DNA of 36,895 bases, filler included, from Nitrospiraceae bacterium (GCA_037442105.1; 5 parts of 5 records of this genome joined end to end with filler, not necessarily neighbours in it); one strand, 5' to 3'. Counted from the first letter of the whole stretch, positions 18,268 through 27,980 are shown. Made by a program: numbers and translations. Notes: generated by a model from the letters alone, not told the origin.

Positions 18268-19551
18268 ATGGATATTCTGCTTCTTGTCGCGCTTATTCTT
18301 TTGTCGGCTGTGATCTCGGCGGCCGAGATCGGCTTCTTCTCGGTCAATGAGACCAAGCTACGGGCATTGGCTCAGGCCGGGGGGCGTCGCGCTGCCATGG
18401 CGCTCCGTCTTCGCAGCGATCCCCAGCGGCTCCTCTCTACAATCCTGGTCGGAGACCGACTGGTCGATACAGCCACCGCCTCCCTGGCGACCATTATCGC
18501 CCTGAATGTGTTCGGTGGCGAAACGTTCGTCCAAGAAGCCGTCGCGGTGGTAATCGGGATCCTGACGTTCGTCCTGTTGATCTTTGCGGACATTGTTCCT
18601 AAGACCTTGGCAGCCAAGCATGCAGTTCCTGTGTCTCTGCTGATGGCTTATCCGATCTACGGCGTCCAGTTGCTGATGCGTCCGATTCTGACCGTCATAG
18701 TTCCGATGATTCACAAACTGACCGGAGGGAAAGGGTTGACCCTGCCGTTCGTGACCGAAGAAGAATTGAAGATCTTGCTCGATGAGGGAGGTAAATCGGG
18801 AGCGATCCAGACCGAAGAGGTCCGGATGATCAAGAATGTGTTTCAATTGAACGACATTACGGCCGAAGATTGCATGACTCCTAGAATCTACATGTTCGCT
18901 CTTGACGGCAGCCTACGATTGAAGGAGGCCCGTGAGCACCTATTCAAATCCAAGTACTCCAGAATTCCCTTGTATGAGGGAACGCTGGATAACATCACCG
19001 GGATCCTTTACAAAACCAAGGCATTGACCGAGCTGGCTCAGAACCATGCCGATGTATGCTTGAAAGATATCGCACATCCGGCGCTGTTTGTCCCGCACGT
19101 TAAACCTGCCGACGATCTGATGAAGCAATTCCAGCAGGAAAAACGGCACATGGCGATTGTCGTCAACGAGTTCGGGGGAATCATGGGGCTGGTCACGTTG
19201 GAGGACCTCCTCGAGGAGGTCGTCGGCGAGATCGTGGATGAAACCGATATCACAGAAGAACTGATCAAGCGTATCGGGAAAAATCAGATTCTCGTCCACG
19301 GTCGAACCGAGGTCAGAAAGGTCAACGAGTTTCTCAAGGTGGATCTTGGCGATGAAGCGGTCACCATCAGCGGACTGATCCAGCAGGAACTAGGCAGAAT
19401 TCCAAGAGTGGGCGAGGAAATCGTGATCGGTCACTGCCGGCTTCTCATTCATGAAGCGGATCCACGGTCTATCAGAAGTGTGCAGATTTTCAAGGAGGAA
19501 CGGGCTTCGGTCGGAGTCGAGTCCGCCGATCGCCTGGATCTCGTGGGATAA
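18268..19551 (+). CDS. Hemolysin/CNNM family protein (DUF21 + CBS pair + CorC domain)
   Basis: SAAEIGFFS, VPKTLA, VTEEEL, MTPR, YSRIPLY, VNEFGG..GLVTLEDLLEEVVGEI. Confidence 0.92.
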   Translation: MDILLLVALILLSAVISAAEIGFFSVNETKLRALAQAGGRRAAMALRLRSDPQRLLSTILVGDRLVDTATASLATIIALNVFGGETFVQEAVAVVIGILTFVLLIFADIVPKTLAAKHAVPVSLLMAYPIYGVQLLMRPILTVIVPMIHKLTGGKGLTLPFVTEEELKILLDEGGKSGAIQTEEVRMIKNVFQLNDITAEDCMTPRIYMFALDGSLRLKEAREHLFKSKYSRIPLYEGTLDNITGILYKTKALTELAQNHADVCLKDIAHPALFVPHVKPADDLMKQFQQEKRHMAIVVNEFGGIMGLVTLEDLLEEVVGEIVDETDITEELIKRIGKNQILVHGRTEVRKVNEFLKVDLGDEAVTISGLIQQELGRIPRVGEEIVIGHCRLLIHEADPRSIRSVQIFKEERASVGVESADRLDLVG

Positions 19552-19560
19552 GGGAATTTT

Positions 19561-21482
19561 TTACACTCCTTCGATCAGCGCGGTAAAATCCGCCTCCGTC
19601 AGAATTTTCACCCCGAGCTTCTTGGCCTGCTCGAACTTTGAGCCGGGATCTTTTCCCGCCACGACGTAGGACGTCTGCTTACTCACGCTTGATGCGACGC
19701 GCGCTCCTAACGTTTCTACCAAGCGTTTCGCGTCCTCTCGACTGTATTTCTCAAGCCCTCCCGTGAACACGAACGTGGCGCCGGCCAGCCGGTGCTGGTC
19801 CTCACCGTGAGCTCCGGTCCGTCGAGCCGCCTCTTCCACGCGCACGCCGCGCGCGAGCAATTGTTCGATCACCTCCCTATTTCGCGCCTCACGAAAGAAG
19901 GATGTGAGGCTCAGCGAGATTTCCGGGCCGATTTCGTGGACTTGCTGCAGCCGTTCCTGGTCGGCAGCCATGATGGCTTCGAGGGTGCCGAAGTGTGCGG
20001 CCAACATCCGGGCGATATGTTGTCCAATCTGGCGAATGCCGAGTCCCATGAGAAATCGCTCCAGCGACACCTGTTTGCTCCGTTCGATGGACTCAAGAAG
20101 CAGCGCCGACGAGCGGTCGGCAAAACCCTCCAATGCCAGAATTTGACCCTTCGTCAGCGCATAGATATCGGCGAGGTTGTGGACCAGGCCACGGTCTACG
20201 AGTTGCGCGACGGTCTTCTTGCCGAGGCCTTCGATGTTGAGGGCGCTCTTCGACGCAAAGTGTTCTAAGGAACCTTTCAACTGCGCGACACAGGTCGTCT
20301 GACCCGTGCAGTAATAGTAGGCGCCTTCCCGCGCGACCGCCGAGCCGCACACCGGGCACTGGCCGGGCATGCAAAACGGCTCGGCCCGTCGCTCGCCAGG
20401 CACCGGGACTCGTTCCGCGATTGCGGGGATGACATCGCCGGCGCGCTCGACTTTGACCGTATCGCCGATGCGGATGTCCTTGCGGGCCACCTCATCGGCG
20501 TTGTGTAAGGTCGCCCGGCTGATGGTTACGCCACCCACTTCTACAGGTTTGAGCAGGGCGATCGGAGTCAGCGTGCCGGTCCGGCCGACCGATACGACGA
20601 TGTCTTGCACGGCGGTGATCTCTTTCCGAGGAGTAAACTTGTAGGCCATCGCCCAGCGCGGGCTACGGGACTTCATGCCTAGTCGATCTTGCCACTCACG
20701 ACGGTCGATCTTGACGACCACCCCGTCGATCTCGAACGGCAGGTCGTCACGGACCGCTTCCATTTCAGCATGGAACCCCATTACTTCGTCTATGGTGGCG
20801 CATTGGCGGCGGTGTGTCGGAATAGGGAGGCCCCACCGGGCCAGCGAGTCCAGTTCGTCCCAATGAGTCGGCGGGGCCTCATGAGACAGAGCCATGATCT
20901 CATAACAGGTGATGACCAATGGGCGTTCGGCCGTGATGCGCGAATCCAATTGCCGGAGCGAGCCCGAGGCCGCGTTCCGTGGATTGGCGAAGGCCTCCTC
21001 GCCTCGCTCGGTGATGCGCCGGTTCAACGATTGAAAGTCATCAAGGCGCATGTACACTTCTCCTCGGACAACCAAGTGGCGCGGGAGATCGTGTTCAGCT
21101 TGAAGTTGGAGGGGAAGCGCGCGGATTGTACGGAGGTTGGTCGTCACGTCCTCGCCGGTCGTCCCGTCTCCTCTGGTGGCGCCACGAATGAACCGCCCTT
21201 CGTCGTAGACCAATTCAACGGACAACCCGTCAAACTTCGGCTCAGCCGTATAGGACACCGCCTCCACGCCGAGCTCGCGTTTCATCCTGGCATCGAACGC
21301 GCGTACCTCCGCCGCATCCTGGATCGAATCCAGGCTGAGCATCGGCTTCTCATGGACGGTTTTCTGCAGTTCGTCCAGAGGAGGAGCGCCGACTCGCTGA
21401 GTGGGGGAGTCTGGCGTGATGAGGTCGGGGTGGGCCGCTTCCAAATCGACTAGCTCACGGAACAGGCGGTCGTATTCGGCAT
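19561..21482 (-). CDS. ligA: NAD-dependent DNA ligase, 5' end lost at contig edge
   Basis: EPKFDG, ATRGDG, NPRNAASGSLRQ, DGVVVK, zinc finger CPVC, HhH motifs, C-terminal BRCT. Confidence 0.97.
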
Positions 21483-21582
21483 NNNNNNNNNNNNNNNNNN
21501 NNNNNNNNNNNNNNNNNNNNNNNNNNTTAATTAATTAANNNNNNNNNNNNNNNNNNNNNNNNNNNNNNNNNNNNNNNNNNNN
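21483..21582. other. Artificial contig linker
   Basis: N44-TTAATTAATTAA-N44. Confidence 0.98.
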
Positions 21583-21720
21583 ACTGGCTCCGGCGGAGAA
21601 GGGGGACAGTCCCGGTGCGGGACAGTCCCCGCCTGTGCCTGTCCCCGCTTTCCGAAGGGGACTGGCCCGACGCTTCGCGGAGAAGCGGGCCAGTCCCCCA
21701 AGGACAGTCCCCGCCGGGGA
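21583..21720. repeat. Cluster of REP-like GGGAC...GTCCC palindromes
   Basis: actggctcc, gggacagtccc (x2), gtgcctgtcccc, ggggactggccc..gggccagtcccc; same family as 24108 and 35083. Confidence 0.7.
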
Positions 21721-21772
21721 TCAGCGATCGGGTTCTGGCTGACGGCTGAATGCTGATCGCTGAAAGCTTGCC

Positions 21773-21850
21773 ATGGCCCGGTACGAACATCTGCCGATCT
21801 ACAAAACCGCCATGGATTTGGCGGTGTACCTCGAACAGGTTGCACGTAAG
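21773..21850 (+). pseudogene. N-terminal fragment of an Avd-like four-helix-bundle protein
   Basis: MARYEHLPIYKTAMDLAVYLEQVAR is the typical start of Avd-like proteins; homology ends where the convergent TA cassette begins. Confidence 0.65.
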
Positions 21851-21865
21851 AGCAGTCAGGGGATG

Positions 21866-22162
21866 TCAAATCCGTTCCTGCCAACGCTTCGGATCTCGTC
21901 TGCTGTGGATGCATGCCGCGATCAGGAGTTCGTCGTCGCGAACGACATAGATCACACTGTAGGGAAACCGCCGCAATGTCGCGCGCCTAGCGTTGCCGAA
22001 CACGATGGGATAGAGCGTGGGATGGCGCTGCACCTGCGCGAGGACCGCATCGAGCGCGCGTAGAAACTCCGCACCGAGACCTTGGCTGCGCGCTTCGTAC
22101 CAATCCACCGCCTCAGTGAGTTCGGTCTCGGCTTCGGGTCGGAAGACGATGCGCCGCGTCAT
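21866..22162 (-). CDS. RelE/ParE-family toxin
   Basis: IVFRPEAETELTEAVDWYE..GLGAEFL..RRATLRRFPYSVIY..ACIHSRRDPKRWQER. Confidence 0.92.
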   Translation of the reverse strand: MTRRIVFRPEAETELTEAVDWYEARSQGLGAEFLRALDAVLAQVQRHPTLYPIVFGNARRATLRRFPYSVIYVVRDDELLIAACIHSRRDPKRWQERI

Positions 22163-22386
22163 CCTAAGCGGGACCACAGCCGCGCGCGCACGTCCTCCCA
22201 GGTGAGGGCCGAGCTTGGGTCGCGTGCGTGCTCGGCGACGCGACGCTCGATTTCCTTGCGCTGGTCATCCGACAGCGCCGGTAGACTTTCTGGTTGCGCA
22301 GCGACGCTGTCCCACAGGTCTTCGGCAAGCTGGATGCGCTCCGCCGGGCTCAGCTTCAGAAGTTCCGCGATCACGGCTTCGTTCAT
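22159..22386 (-). CDS. Addiction-module antitoxin
   Basis: LLKLSPAERIQLAEDLWDSV..QRKEIERR..LTWEDVRARL; RBS GGAGG; ATGA overlap. Confidence 0.9.
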   Translation of the reverse strand: MNEAVIAELLKLSPAERIQLAEDLWDSVAAQPESLPALSDDQRKEIERRVAEHARDPSSALTWEDVRARLWSRLG

Positions 22387-22499
22387 ATTCGGGTACCTCC
22401 TCTGAAGAGGACTGTTGGCCGATTGTACCGTGTTGCGGCGGAGGTTTCTAGATTCCCCACTTTTTAGAGAAGGACCGGCCTCTGTTCCCGCACGCTGCG

Positions 22500-22643
22500 A
22501 CCGGCAACCGACAAGGCTGGCGGCTGGCGGCGATCGCGGAGCTGGCAAGCCTCATCGATCCCTCGGTGCCGTCTCCCGGTCCGACGCTGCTGCCGGGCCA
22601 TCCGTTTCTGAACGTCCAGTCGTCCTTCTATTGGTCGGCCTCC
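22500..22643 (+). pseudogene. DUF1566 (Lcl-like, DGR target-type) gene fragment, central part
   Basis: TGNRQGWRLAAIAELASLIDPSVPSPGPTLLPGHPFLNVQSSFYWSAS matches the WRLP..EL.SL..F.N....YWS signature. Confidence 0.8.
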
Positions 22644-22666
22644 CAACCACCATCCAGTTCGGCACA

Positions 22667-22695
22667 TTGACTTTTCTCCGGCCTCTCGCTAGCGT
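22667..22695 (+). promoter_or_regulatory. Putative sigma70 promoter of the DUF5647 cassette
   Basis: TTGACT-17 nt-TAGCGT. Confidence 0.45.
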
Positions 22696-22743
22696 ACCAC
22701 CCGCGTTGTTCCGGAGGGTTCAACGGGCGTCGAAAGGGATGGC

Positions 22744-22866
22744 GTGGAGAAGGTCACCGCGTATTGTTATCTGCTCACGCTCTCCGACCGCAAGTTGACG
22801 GTGGCTGATGAAGACATTGAAGAGCACTGGGAAGCGTACAAGACCGACTACCTACAAGGGAGATGA
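22744..22866 (+). pseudogene. Internally deleted upstream partner (putative toxin) of the DUF5647 gene
   Basis: 40 aa MEKVTAYCYLLTLSDRK|LTVADEDIEEHWEAYKTDYLQGR*; ATGA-coupled to the next gene. Confidence 0.45.
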
Positions 22867-23138
22867 CGATGACAGAACAGGAACTGTTCACCAAGAATCT
22901 GAAGCTCTCTCGTGAGTTCGATCTCTATCTGGTGGAACACCCCGAAGTCGCAGAGCGGATTCCCGCCGATGCGTTGATCGTGCTGCTGCCGGAGGACGAT
23001 CCGGAACTCTGTGCCAAGAATCAGGAATTGGCACAGGCGCGGCGAGAACCAGGCCAAGCCCTCGTGTCGGTGAGGGTGGGTAAGCTAACACCACCTCGTT
23101 CACGGCTGGTCAATCCAAAGGTCGACGTCGCGGCATAA
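22863..23138 (+). CDS. DUF5647-like protein (putative antitoxin)
   Basis: KNLKLSREFDLYLVEHPEVAERIPADALIVLLPEDDPELC. Confidence 0.75.
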   Translation: MTMTEQELFTKNLKLSREFDLYLVEHPEVAERIPADALIVLLPEDDPELCAKNQELAQARREPGQALVSVRVGKLTPPRSRLVNPKVDVAA

Positions 23139-23174
23139 CCAACCGGCCTACTCTCCTGATTCTTCTTCGGGGCC

Positions 23175-23198
23175 GTGCCATCCGGCCATCCGTTTACC
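23175..23198 (+). pseudogene. Second short DUF1566-like remnant
   Basis: VPSGHPFT, echoing LPGHPFLN at 22590-22613. Confidence 0.4.
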
Positions 23199-23218
23199 CA
23201 CAGTCTGTGGTCCTCCTC

Positions 23219-23280
23219 GCACGGGGCGCGAGGCGAGGGGCCAGCGGCGCAGGGAGTGAAGCACTCGATGCGCGAGATGA
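23219..23280 (+). repeat. 62-bp direct repeat, copy 1
   Basis: 60/62 identical to 24041-24102. Confidence 0.95.
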
Positions 23281-23299
23281 TGTGAGGCATTGGGTCATT

Positions 23300-23332
23300 G
23301 GCGGGGCCGGGGGCGTGAGCCCCCGGCCCGCC
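23300..23332 (+). other. GC-rich hairpin with GTGA (GNRA) loop
   Basis: GGGCCGGGGGC-GTGA-GCCCCCGGCCC, perfect 11-bp stem, no U tract. Confidence 0.8.
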
Positions 23333-23479
23333 AGCCCGATTCCCCTCCAGGTTTGCCTCTTTCTGAGTGCTTTCCACACTGACGATTTCACCGAGAGTTG
23401 CTTGACGTGCAACCGGCGCGTCATCGACGTATAATGCGGGCCATAGCTCTGGCGCGAGGAGCTGTGACGGAGGTGACGC

Positions 23480-23662
23480 ATGGGAGAGAAAGCGGCCGTG
23501 CTCAAACTACTTGAGCAGTTGCCGGAGGAGACGACGCTGGAGGAGATCCAGTATCACCTGTACGTGCTGCAAAAGATCAAGGCTGGTCAAGACGCGATCG
23601 ATGCCGGGCAGGTGATTCCGCACGAGCAGGTTATGCGTGAGCTGGCGGGATGGCTCGCGTAG
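23480..23662 (+). CDS. Antitoxin
   Basis: KAAVLKLLEQLPEETTLEEIQYHLYVLQKIKAG..GQVIPHEQV; RBS GGAGGTG. Confidence 0.85.
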   Translation: MGEKAAVLKLLEQLPEETTLEEIQYHLYVLQKIKAGQDAIDAGQVIPHEQVMRELAGWLA

Positions 23663-23934
23663 TCTGGTCATCTGTGGCGCATGACGATCTGCGCGCGCTG
23701 GTGTCCTTCATCAAAGCCGATTCCCCCGGCTATGCTCAGACCTTCGGCTTGCGCATCCGGCAGCGGGTCGAGCAATTACACCACCTTCCCGAATCGGGCC
23801 GGAAGGTTCCGGAAGATCAAACCGGGACGTATCGTGAACTCATCGAGGGGAATTACCGAATCGTCTATCGGGTGGATGATGACACGGTGACCGTCGTGAC
23901 CCTCGTTCACGGTGCGCGCCTGCTTCGTTTGTAG
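23650..23934 (+). CDS. RelE/ParE-family toxin
   Basis: VVWSSVAHDDL..IKADSP..PESGRKVPE..RELIEGNYRIVYRV..VHGARLL. Confidence 0.92.
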   Translation: MARVVWSSVAHDDLRALVSFIKADSPGYAQTFGLRIRQRVEQLHHLPESGRKVPEDQTGTYRELIEGNYRIVYRVDDDTVTVVTLVHGARLLRL

Positions 23935-23959
23935 ATAGCCCTTCATGTCCTACCCGCAA

Positions 23960-24034
23960 TACTCCGACGCTAAGGTCGCCGGCACCTACCGCGTCTGGTG
24001 TGTGCGTGGCCCGCTGCAAGAGAGTGTGTATTAA
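23960..24034 (+). pseudogene. DUF1566 gene C-terminal fragment
   Basis: YSDAKVAGTYRVWCVRGPLQESVY*; K...VWCVRG is the DUF1566 terminal strand. Confidence 0.75.
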
Positions 24035-24040
24035 AGCCAG

Positions 24041-24102
24041 GCACGGGACGCGAGGCGAGGGGCAAGCGGCGCAGGGAGTGAAGCACTCGATGCGCGAGAT
24101 GA
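24041..24102 (+). repeat. 62-bp direct repeat, copy 2
   Basis: 60/62 identical to 23219-23280; followed by GGGGACTGGCTCC. Confidence 0.95.
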
Positions 24103-24244
24103 GATGTGGGGACTGGCTCCCGCCTTCGCCAGGGCTTCGGAGGACACCGCTGCACATTCCTCCACAGCTTGACAGCCGTGGCTTCCTACGTAGGCGGGTG
24201 AAGGGGCGGCCCGCTGGCTGTGGTGAAGCTTGGAGCGAGAGGGG

Positions 24245-25415
24245 TCAGAAATTCACGCGCAGGGTGACCGAGCCGACATGATTCGTCGTCTTGTAGGTGC
24301 CATCGACGTTGGGGTCGGGACTGCCCGTGACCGTGCGTTGTTCGAACAGCACCGCCTGATAGGCCAGATCGATACCCATGGCCTTGCGACTTAACAGTCC
24401 CCCAGCGTCGGAGCCACAGGAAATCAAGCCCAGGAACATTCCTGACTTTCCGCACAGGAAGCCCGCGCCGATGGACAGCACGTTCACATCCGCATCCGGC
24501 GGGGTGGGTGAAAAATTGCGGTCCGGCACCGGAGTCTCGGAGCGGTTGTAGCCCGCTCGCAGGGCGACATCCCAGGCCGGGAGCCACGCAGGCCGGAGCC
24601 ACTTGTATTCCGTGCCCACCGCATAGGTCAACGAGTTGGACCAGTGCTGCAGGTTGGGCAGGAACCCGCCATTCGAAAGCTGTGTGTCGAAGTTCCGGAT
24701 TGATTGCCACCGCACCCAATCCACATTGAACTCGAGTTTCCACTCATGCGCCTGGTCCCGAATTTGCCACCAGGCGATCCCGGCAGTGTAGCTCTCCGGC
24801 AGGAGGATCGAGCTTTTCGTGTCGGCAACCTTGCCGCCATTGGCCGAGAGTGCGCCGTTGAGCGGGACAACCGCTTGGCTCCGCCAGATCCCGGCCAGAT
24901 TCAATCGCGGCTGGCCGTTCTCCGCGCGCAGGACGGTATAGAGCAGGCTGGCATTGAGGCCGGCGGTCGTCCCTTTCCCATTCAACTCCGTCGTGGCGCC
25001 GGCTGAGATCAACTGTCGCTCCGCATGCCCCTCGCCGATGAAACTTCCAAAAGTAAAAATGTCCGCGCCCAGCCCGACCGATACGTCCTCCGTCACCTTG
25101 TAGGCGAGTGTCGGCTTGATATCCAGCAGCGGCAGTTGGGCCCGCGTGACGGAAGAGGCGAACGGCCCGTTCTCCGGATACTTCAAGGAGAAGCCATAGA
25201 GATTGAGGAACCCGAGGCCGAGCGACAGGTCGCCGAGCGCCTGTACGCCGAGATCCTTGAGGTTGGCCGTGAGAAAAAAAGGCATTGCCTTGGGCAATGG
25301 CGGATGCGCCTTGAAAGGGATTGCGAAAGCCGTCGGCGAGGGCGGGCGATCTTAAGGTGAGGATCAGGAAGAACGTCCCACCCATGATGAGTGTGATAAG
25401 TCGGCTTGTCCGCAT
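24245..25415 (-). pseudogene. FadL/OmpP1 outer-membrane transporter, frameshifted with probable internal deletion
   Basis: Signal peptide plus DGFRNPFQGASAIAQGNAF in one frame; FLTANL..KPTLAYK..C-terminal RVNF in another; junction at the T7 run 25274-25280; ADD.SA..YNPAG hatch motif missing. Confidence 0.8.
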
Positions 25416-25605
25416 CGCTGACTGCTGGTCGCCATCCATCCTTGTAGCCCAGCGCTTATACACGATCCGGCTCGTCGGGAGAAGAAAAATCCTGCGTCCC
25501 TGCGCCGCCCCCTGCCCTCCCCGCCTTTGACCCGGCTACGACTTTGGTATAACCTCTTGGCACCACCACCGATCATTCCTGTCTTATCTGCTGGAAACCT
25601 GCTCT

Positions 25606-27303
25606 ATGAATCGTGCGGAACGCCGGCGTCAGGAGAAACTGTCAACCAGGACCGGGCGGGTGGCGGACTCGTTTGCCGTCAGGACGCTTCTCGACGAAGG
25701 CAAGGCCCATCATCAGGCCGGCCGTCTCCAGGAGGCGGAACGCTCGTATCGCCTGGTGCTCGACATGGTTCCGGATCATCCGGGCGCGATGCACGGGCTC
25801 GGATTGCTCGCCTATCATGTCGGGCGGTTCGATCAGGCGCTGGAGTTGCTGGCCCAAGCCTGCGAGCTGGATGCTCAAAATCCTCTCTACTCCTTCAATC
25901 TGGGCGTTGTGTCGCAACGGGCCGGCCGCTCGGATGACGCGGTCAACGCCTACCGGCGCGCCGTCACCCTCAACCCCCGATACGCCGATGCCTGGACAAA
26001 CCTCGGCACTGTGTACAAGGACAAGGGACAGTATGACGACGCAGTGGAGGCCTACGGCGAAGCGCTGCGCCTCAATCCAGGAAGCGCGGAGGCGCACAAT
26101 AATCTGGGTGCCGCGCTGAAAGAACAGGACCACATCGATCAAGCCGTGGCCTCCTATCGGCAGGCGCTTGCGCTCAAGCCGGGCCATGTCGAGGCCCATA
26201 ACAATCTTGGCCTGGCATTGATGGAGCAAGGACACCTGGATGAAGCGGTCGCGTCGTTCGAGCGAGCGCTTGCGGCGGCACCCGGCTACATCAAGGCGAC
26301 GTACAACCTTGGGATAGCCTGGATATGGAGGGGAGCGTTCGATCGGGCGCTGGCCTGCGTGCGGCAAACTGCAGAGGCGAAGCACAATCACGGCGGGCCG
26401 GTGACCGGTACGGTGGTCTACCGGTCTCGCGTGAAGCACGACTGTGAACAGATGCAGTATCTGTTCGATCGCGGTCTGTTGGGGCAGGAGTGGGGGGAGT
26501 ACCGCACTGCCCTTGCACGCCTTCGCGATCGAGTCGAGGGGAGCAATGCGTCCGGCAATCGCGTCGCCGTCCTACCAGGCGAGCTCGAGGCGATCGCGCC
26601 ATCGTTCAATCGGTTTCTCCGTCTCGCGCCCTGCGAGCGAGTGCCGGACGGCGCATTGAATCCGGCGCTCGATGTGGCGGCCATTGAGGAGCGGTATCAC
26701 CGGTCAAAACCGGAAGCCATGTTCATCGATGACCTCTTGACCCCTGACGCGTTGAACCGGTTGCGCCGCTTCTGCTGGGAATCCACCATCTGGAAGAAGG
26801 ATTACGAGAACGGCTACATCGGCGCCTTTTTGGGCGACGGGTTCGCCTCTCCCCTTCTGCTCCAGTTGGCCGAAGAGCTTCGGCTGAAATTCCCGCGCAT
26901 CTTCAAAGACCATCGCTTGACGCAAGCCTGGGCCTTCAAGCATGACAGCGCACGACGGGGATTGAACATCCATGCGGATGCGGCGGCGGTGAACGTAAAT
27001 TTCTGGATCACGCCGGACGAGGCGAACCTCAATCCGGCAACCGGCGGGCTGGTGGTGTGGGACAAAGAAGCACCGCGTGATTGGGATTTTCGGACGTACA
27101 ACAGCGACAAGAATCGGCAGAAGATTTACGACTGGCTGGAGCAGAGCGGCGCGAAAATGATCCGTGTTCCCTATCGGGCCAACCGCGCGCTGGTCTTCAA
27201 CTCAGATCTGTTTCACGAAACCGACGACTGTTCCTTCAAGGACGAATACACCGGCAGGCGGATCAATATCACCCTCCTCTACGGCTATCGGCTGAAGGCG
27301 TGA
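25606..27303 (+). CDS. TPR-repeat protein with C-terminal 2OG-Fe(II) oxygenase-like domain
   Basis: About 7 TPRs (A..NLG..A...Y..AL); IHAD..VNVNFW..FNSDLFHET..RRINIT gives HxD..H..R. Confidence 0.8.
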   Translation: MNRAERRRQEKLSTRTGRVADSFAVRTLLDEGKAHHQAGRLQEAERSYRLVLDMVPDHPGAMHGLGLLAYHVGRFDQALELLAQACELDAQNPLYSFNLGVVSQRAGRSDDAVNAYRRAVTLNPRYADAWTNLGTVYKDKGQYDDAVEAYGEALRLNPGSAEAHNNLGAALKEQDHIDQAVASYRQALALKPGHVEAHNNLGLALMEQGHLDEAVASFERALAAAPGYIKATYNLGIAWIWRGAFDRALACVRQTAEAKHNHGGPVTGTVVYRSRVKHDCEQMQYLFDRGLLGQEWGEYRTALARLRDRVEGSNASGNRVAVLPGELEAIAPSFNRFLRLAPCERVPDGALNPALDVAAIEERYHRSKPEAMFIDDLLTPDALNRLRRFCWESTIWKKDYENGYIGAFLGDGFASPLLLQLAEELRLKFPRIFKDHRLTQAWAFKHDSARRGLNIHADAAAVNVNFWITPDEANLNPATGGLVVWDKEAPRDWDFRTYNSDKNRQKIYDWLEQSGAKMIRVPYRANRALVFNSDLFHETDDCSFKDEYTGRRINITLLYGYRLKA

Positions 27304-27380
27304 GTGTGTCACAACGGCATGTTCCCGTCGTCATCTGTTTGCGGAACGTGATGTGCGAAGAGTGATTGCCGGCAGGGAGA

Positions 27381-27734
27381 TCAGGCTGTCGTCGTTTCTT
27401 CGGCCTCTGCTCTCCGGTAGGGTTCGAGTTCGAGTCCTTTCACAAGATGCTGGAGCCTGGCCCAGTCGCCTGGTTGCAAGCTCATGAATTCCAACCCAAA
27501 CTGTGTGGCTCTGCACCAGCGGACGACCGCCTGGTCAACGTGAATGGGCGGGCCTTGATCGTTCGCATGGATTTTCAATTCAAGCGCGGTGCCTGGCAAG
27601 ACTTCGACCGAGCTCGAGACGCGACAGCCTCGAACGGAGAGATCGAGAACCTTCCCTTCGCCGCCGACGAGGTTGGTAGAGCTGAACGAGCTACGGAATT
27701 GGACCGGAAATCGCGGGTACTTACGCTGCTCCAT
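27381..27734 (-). CDS. PilZ-domain protein (c-di-GMP receptor)
   Basis: EQRKYPRF (RxxxR) and DLSVRG (DxSxxG), VRW, FGLEF. Confidence 0.92.
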   Translation of the reverse strand: MEQRKYPRFPVQFRSSFSSTNLVGGEGKVLDLSVRGCRVSSSVEVLPGTALELKIHANDQGPPIHVDQAVVRWCRATQFGLEFMSLQPGDWARLQHLVKGLELEPYRRAEAEETTTA

Positions 27735-27910
27735 CAACACCTCATTTGCTCACCCGCTCGCACTGTATTCAGAACATAGTTCTCACGGCCCAAGCCATGA
27801 TCTCGGTCCTAATCTAGGACAGTCCTATGACTTTGTCTACGGTTTCGCTCTGCGTTGGTTCGCGCTGCTTGCTAGCGCGCTTTATTCAGGACGGTTCGTC
27901 GCGAAATCAA

Positions 27911-27980
27911 AATAGCGCACAGCCAATAGCTAGTAGCGAGCAGCGAGTAACTCAGAGCCATTCGCTATCAGCTATTCGCT
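27911..27980. repeat. Inverted heptamer array (GCGAATA family)
   Basis: gccaata gctagta gcgagca gcgagta ... cattcgc tatcagc tattcgc. Confidence 0.7.

Noticed and set aside
21773..22063. 96-aa ORF as an intact gene
   Set aside because: Only the first 26 codons look Avd-like; the rest is mostly antisense to the toxin gene
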